From positions 1 to 22,634 of the forward strand of contig JBFXGD010000043.1 in assembly GCA_050178385.1 (NCBI GenBank): 22,634 nucleotides of DNA. Reading direction: 5' to 3'. Shown here piece after piece: positions 19,099-22,634 of the stretch (the stretch's first letter is position 1; each line of letters starts with the position of its first letter). Origin of the DNA: Calditrichaceae bacterium. GTDB lineage: Bacteria > Calditrichota > Calditrichia > Calditrichales > JBFXGD01. Under the pieces are notes generated by a model. The model was not told where the DNA came from, searched no databases, and worked only from the letters and a program-made list of their open reading frames with translations. The position numbers and the translations under genes were made by a program.

Positions 19099-19952
19099 AT
19101 TTCTGGTTTACAATTAAAGAGGGACTCAAAGGGTTTAAAAGAGCCCGATTGTCTTCAACGATAACAATAACGTCGATAGCGTTTTCGCATGTATTAATCG
19201 GTGTATTCATTATTCTCTCACTAAATCTGGACCAATGGATAAGCGAATTCCGTTCAAAAATGGAGCTTGAAGTTTTCATAGAATCCGGGATGAGCGAAAA
19301 AAGCGGACTGTTGATCAAAGACGCCATAGCCGGCATTGAAGGTGTGGCTATGGTATCCTATATATCAAAAGATCAGGCCGCGCAAAGATTTAAAAAGGAA
19401 TTCGGTCGTGATATATTTGATGTTCTGGACACCAATCCACTGCCCGCATCATGCACCGTTACAGTCACGGATGGATACCGAACGGCGCGATCAATCAGAT
19501 CGATTTCTGATAAAATCGAACAGATCGACGGAGTGGATGAAGTGATATATCAGAAAGAACTACTGGCATTAATTGATCACTATTTGAAAATAATTTATTT
19601 AGGCGGAGGAATAATTGGTTTATTTTTAGTTGTTATTGCAATTATTTTGTTATATAATACGGTCAGATTGACCATTTATGCCAGAAGGGATATTATAGAG
19701 ATTATGAATCTGGTTGGGGCAACCGATGCATTTATCAGGCGGCCGTTTTTAGTAGAGGGATTTATTCAGGGCCTTTTAGGAGCTCTCCTTGCCAATGTTT
19801 TCATCTATCTCATCACTATCACAATAAAATCTTTTATTTATCCATATGTAGTTTTCAAGCCGGAAATATATGTTATGTTAGTAGTATTTGGAATTATGAT
19901 AGGGTTGTTCTCCAGCAGGATGAGCATCTCAAAACATTTAAAATACATTTAA
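19095..19952 (+). CDS. ftsX: Cell division permease FtsX
   Basis: YISKDQA, NPLPAS, NTVRLTIYARRDIIEIMNLVGATDAFIRRPFLVEG, four TM helices. ATGA overlap with ftsE. Confidence 0.95.
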   Translation: MNFWFTIKEGLKGFKRARLSSTITITSIAFSHVLIGVFIILSLNLDQWISEFRSKMELEVFIESGMSEKSGLLIKDAIAGIEGVAMVSYISKDQAAQRFKKEFGRDIFDVLDTNPLPASCTVTVTDGYRTARSIRSISDKIEQIDGVDEVIYQKELLALIDHYLKIIYLGGGIIGLFLVVIAIILLYNTVRLTIYARRDIIEIMNLVGATDAFIRRPFLVEGFIQGLLGALLANVFIYLITITIKSFIYPYVVFKPEIYVMLVVFGIMIGLFSSRMSISKHLKYI

Positions 19953-20005
19953 ATGCTGTTAGTGCCAACCAACGGCAAATGGTTCAATCATTACAGGAGA
20001 GAAAG

Positions 20006-20275
20006 ATGAAGACAATTTACGTGGGCAATCTGTCTTTTAGCGCGACCGAAGATGAACTGAGGGATTTGTTCGGTCAGCATGGAACGGTTCATTCGGTTAA
20101 ATTAATAACTGATCGTGAAACCGGCAGGCCGCGTGGTTTTGGTTTTGTTGAGATGGATGACAATGAAGCCGACACAGCGATTGAGGCTCTTGACGGTGCC
20201 GATATGGGTGGGCGTAATATCCGTGTTAATGAGGCAAAAGAAAAAAAGGCGCCGCATCAGGGACGCCGATATTAA
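20006..20275 (+). CDS. RRM-domain RNA-binding protein (copy 1)
   Basis: RNP2 IYVGNL and RNP1 RGFGFVEM. Start set at ATG 20006 from the AGGAG RBS and alignment with the paralogue. Confidence 0.95.
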   Translation: MKTIYVGNLSFSATEDELRDLFGQHGTVHSVKLITDRETGRPRGFGFVEMDDNEADTAIEALDGADMGGRNIRVNEAKEKKAPHQGRRY

Positions 20276-20344
20276 TTTAGTATTATTGGATAACGGAATT
20301 TTTTTTTGCCGGGTTTGATTTTATTCGGGAAGTGGAGTTCATAT

Positions 20345-20658
20345 TTGCATTCATCTCTTCGTCATCAATGCTGATTAAAAGATACCTCATTGGTTTTTCT
20401 TTTGATTTGGAATCCAGATAGATTTAGCGCCGAGTGATGAAGTATTTGGAGAACCTGTATATATTTATATCAGGTCTGAATGTAATCCCAAATTTTGCTG
20501 CGTAAATACCAACTTGGCAAAATGACGATTGAGACATAAAGAGAGTGTGTATGTTGAGTAATTCCGCGGAATTTTTGCCGCGGAAATGTTAGATGATTCA
20601 TTGGTTCGATTGGGCCGCACCGCGTTCGCATCCGGGCTGATGAGAAGTTATTACATTT
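20345..20658 (+). ncRNA. Candidate structured RNA (leader of RRM copy 2 or a standalone ncRNA)
   Basis: A series of nested helices with many G-U pairs found by eye, and no ORF in the track across it. Family not recognised. Confidence 0.5.
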
Positions 20659-20674
20659 ACAGGAGTTCAGAGTT

Positions 20675-20950
20675 ATGAAGACAATTTACGTTGGCAACCT
20701 GCCATTCAGCGCATCAGAAGATGATATCAAGGATTTATTCGCACAGCATGGCAAAGTTCTTTCAGTGAAACTGGTGACTGACCGGGAAACAGGCAGAGCC
20801 AGAGGATTCGGTTTTGTTGAAATGGACAAAGATGATGCTGATCAGGCAATTGAAGCATTGAATGACTTCGAGTTTGGCGGCAGGAACCTGCGCGTAAACG
20901 AAGCGAAGGAAAAAAAGGATGATCGCGGTGGCAGAGGCCGTCGTTACTAA
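20675..20950 (+). CDS. RRM-domain RNA-binding protein (copy 2)
   Basis: IYVGNL, RGFGFVEM, short RGG-type tail, AGGAG RBS at 20661-20665. Confidence 0.95.
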   Translation: MKTIYVGNLPFSASEDDIKDLFAQHGKVLSVKLVTDRETGRARGFGFVEMDKDDADQAIEALNDFEFGGRNLRVNEAKEKKDDRGGRGRRY

Positions 20951-20992
20951 AAAGAACGATTGAGTATTGCTGACAAAAATTGATCCAGAATC

Positions 20993-21062
20993 GTCTGCGG
21001 ATTTTTAGAATGTTTTACATTTTGAAATTCTGCAGACTTTCCTGATCTAAATAAAAGATCAG
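20993..21062 (+). terminator. Tandem hairpins after RRM copy 2 (terminator or mRNA stabiliser)
   Basis: A ~20-bp hairpin GTCTGCGGA...TCTGCAGAC (20993-21037) followed by TTT, then CTGATCT/AGATCAG (21042-21062) followed by ATTTTATT. Confidence 0.55.
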
Positions 21063-21187
21063 ATTTTATTCAGTCTATAATCTTCATTGCAATCTACCGC
21101 TGAAATGGATAAAATCCAGTTTGTCTTCATGGTAACATGCCGCCGACATGGTCTGTATCTTTGAAGTTATTCCGGAATCTAATAATC

Positions 21188-21216
21188 TTGACAGATCAGA
21201 TCATACATTTTATATT
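21188..21216 (+). promoter_or_regulatory. Sigma70-type promoter of hrcA
   Basis: TTGACA (21188-21193), 17 nt, then TATATT (21211-21216), 35 nt upstream of the ATG. Confidence 0.8.
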
Positions 21217-21251
21217 TACAGACTTATACAGATTAAATAAATGTCAGGATT

Positions 21252-22277
21252 ATGTCGTTAAAACTAAGAGAAAAATCCATCCTTCAATCGGTGATTCATG
21301 AATTTATCATGACCGCGAATCCGATAGGATCAAAAACGCTGGCGGAGAAAAGTGATACCGGGCTTGCGCCGGCGTCTATTCGTAAGATCATGGCTCAACT
21401 TGAAGATGAAGGTTATCTTGCGCATCCGCACACTTCCGCCGGAAGGATTCCGACGACTAAAGGATACAGGTTTTATGTGGATGAGATAATTCACCAGCGG
21501 CAGATCAGTAATGATCATAAGAATTTAATTCGAAGCGCCCTGGAGAATTTTAACGGCGATGTGGATCATCTGATGGAAGAGGTCGCGGGTATTCTGGCAG
21601 CCATATCGCGTCAATTAAGTATAGTGGTTACTCCGAAGTTTTATCAGGCGATATTCGAAAATATGCAGATTGTCCCCCTGTCATCGGATAAATGGCTGGT
21701 GATCATGACCGTCAGTTCTGGTCAGGTTAAGACAATACTTCTTGAGGTGAAGCAAAAAATAAAAAAAGAATCCATCAAACGCGTGCTTGTTAAAATCAAT
21801 CAGCGATTTTGCGGAAAGATGTTGTACGAGATTCGAAATTCTTTTGCCGCGGTGATGGAGGACTTTTACAATGAAGAAACCGGCCTGGTCAGACTTTTTA
21901 CCGAAAACGCTGACCGTCTGTTTGATTTTTCACGTTATGAGAATTATTCCATTGACGGGACGCGTAATATTATTAATCAGCCCGAATTTTCGGATATCAG
22001 CCGCTTCTCATCGCTTATTGAGATGATAGAAGATAAAGACATCATTATTCACTTTATGGGGAAACGCGAAGATCCCCCGGGGATAAAGATTACGATCGGT
22101 AATGAACACGCGGAAGAACAAATAAAAGACTGCAGCGTTATAACTTCAACATATCGCGTTGGTAATGTTTCAGGAGTTGTCGGTGTGATTGGTCCAACCA
22201 GGATGGCATATGGAAAAGTGATTCCTCTTGTCGATTATTTTGCGCTGGCAATCACGCAAAAACTAAATTTCGCGTAA
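21252..22277 (+). CDS. hrcA: Heat-inducible transcription repressor HrcA
   Basis: PIGSKTL, GYLAHPHTSAGRIPTTKGYRFYVD, ITIGNE, GVVGVIGPTRMAY. Followed by grpE. Confidence 0.95.
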   Translation: MSLKLREKSILQSVIHEFIMTANPIGSKTLAEKSDTGLAPASIRKIMAQLEDEGYLAHPHTSAGRIPTTKGYRFYVDEIIHQRQISNDHKNLIRSALENFNGDVDHLMEEVAGILAAISRQLSIVVTPKFYQAIFENMQIVPLSSDKWLVIMTVSSGQVKTILLEVKQKIKKESIKRVLVKINQRFCGKMLYEIRNSFAAVMEDFYNEETGLVRLFTENADRLFDFSRYENYSIDGTRNIINQPEFSDISRFSSLIEMIEDKDIIIHFMGKREDPPGIKITIGNEHAEEQIKDCSVITSTYRVGNVSGVVGVIGPTRMAYGKVIPLVDYFALAITQKLNFA

Positions 22278-22312
22278 TTTGAAAGTAAAAATTATTTGGA
22301 AAGATTAACCGG

Positions 22313-22344
22313 GGTTCATTTTTCTTTCAGAGTGAACCTTTTTT
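22313..22344 (+). terminator. Terminator-like hairpin between hrcA and grpE
   Basis: Stem GGTTCATTTT(22313-22322)/AGAGTGAACC(22329-22338) with two G-U pairs, followed by T6. Confidence 0.6.
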
Positions 22345-22366
22345 AATGATAAATATTGAGGGAAAA

Positions 22367-22634
22367 ATGTCAGGTAAAGATCAGAAAAAGGGAATAGATA
22401 TGGATACTGTTAAAGCGGATGAAAATCTTAAGCAAGGCGAATCCGTTGAGACCGAAGAAAAGGACGTAAAGAGCAAATCCAAAAAAACGAAGTCCAAAGA
22501 AGATAAAAAAATCGCCGAATTTGAATCACAAATAGAAAAACTTGGCGCGGAGAACAAAAAACTTGAAGAAGAAAATAAACAATTAAAAGATAAAATGTTG
22601 CGAATATCGGCCGAGTTTGAAAATTATAAAAACC
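22367..22634 (+). CDS. grpE: Nucleotide exchange factor GrpE (5' part, truncated by the window end)
   Basis: Hand translation MSGKDQKKG...LEEENKQLKDKMLRISAEFENYK matches the GrpE LRxxAEFENY motif. GAGGG RBS; downstream of hrcA. Confidence 0.9.
   Translation, partial: MSGKDQKKGIDMDTVKADENLKQGESVETEEKDVKSKSKKTKSKEDKKIAEFESQIEKLGAENKKLEEENKQLKDKMLRISAEFENYKN

Noticed and set aside
20295..20348. Sigma54 promoter candidates (GG...TTGC)
   Set aside because: Both candidates have GG-N11-GC rather than the required N10 spacing.
20434..20479. C/D-box-like pair (GTGATGA ... CTGA)
   Set aside because: There is no convincing terminal stem, both motifs are used in the three-way-junction pairing, and bacteria lack C/D guide machinery.
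20583..20644. Hammerhead ribozyme core (CTGATGAG at 20637-20644, GAAA at 20583)
   Set aside because: Stems I and II cannot close next to the core, and CTGATGA pairs better inside the long hairpin.
580..21518. Short overlapping or antisense ORFs in the track (e.g. 580-825, 4124-4414, 7395-7718, 14598-14945, 16572-16907, 21330-21518)
   Set aside because: They overlap well-supported genes and show no recognisable motifs, so they are treated as shadow ORFs.
22313..22338. Degenerate CIRCE (contains GAGTG)
   Set aside because: The spacer would be 8 rather than 9 and the outer bases do not match. The symmetry relies on G-U pairs, which points to an RNA hairpin.
1..22634. CRISPR array, tRNA/rRNA, transposase, integrase or defence system
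   Set aside because: No spaced direct repeats, RNA-gene signatures or matching protein motifs were seen by eye.

Overview
AT-rich bacterial chromosomal window of mostly housekeeping genes. The gene styles suggest an FCB-group or Calditrichota-like organism, which is inference only. In order: a secreted TPR protein and a HEAT-repeat/cyclophilin lipoprotein (- strand); three unannotated genes that read as a degenerate type IV filament module (a 560-aa pilin-like protein with two internal helical repeats, a PilM-like protein, and a PilN-PilO-like fusion), running into rsmD, coaD, pta, an FmdB-type zinc ribbon gene and a eukaryotic-type citrate synthase; then on the - strand an MFS transporter, a beta-propeller protein, hflX and a BatA/vWA gene split by a 1-nt frameshift; then a SAM methyltransferase, ftsE, ftsX, two tandem RRM RNA-binding protein genes separated by a densely base-pairable ~320-nt non-coding region, hrcA (altered recognition helix, no CIRCE upstream) and the start of grpE. 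I saw no rRNA, tRNA, CRISPR array or mobile element. The best leads are the pilin/PilM/PilN-O module, the structured RNA between the RRM genes, and the divergent HrcA. All alignments and pairings were done by eye.
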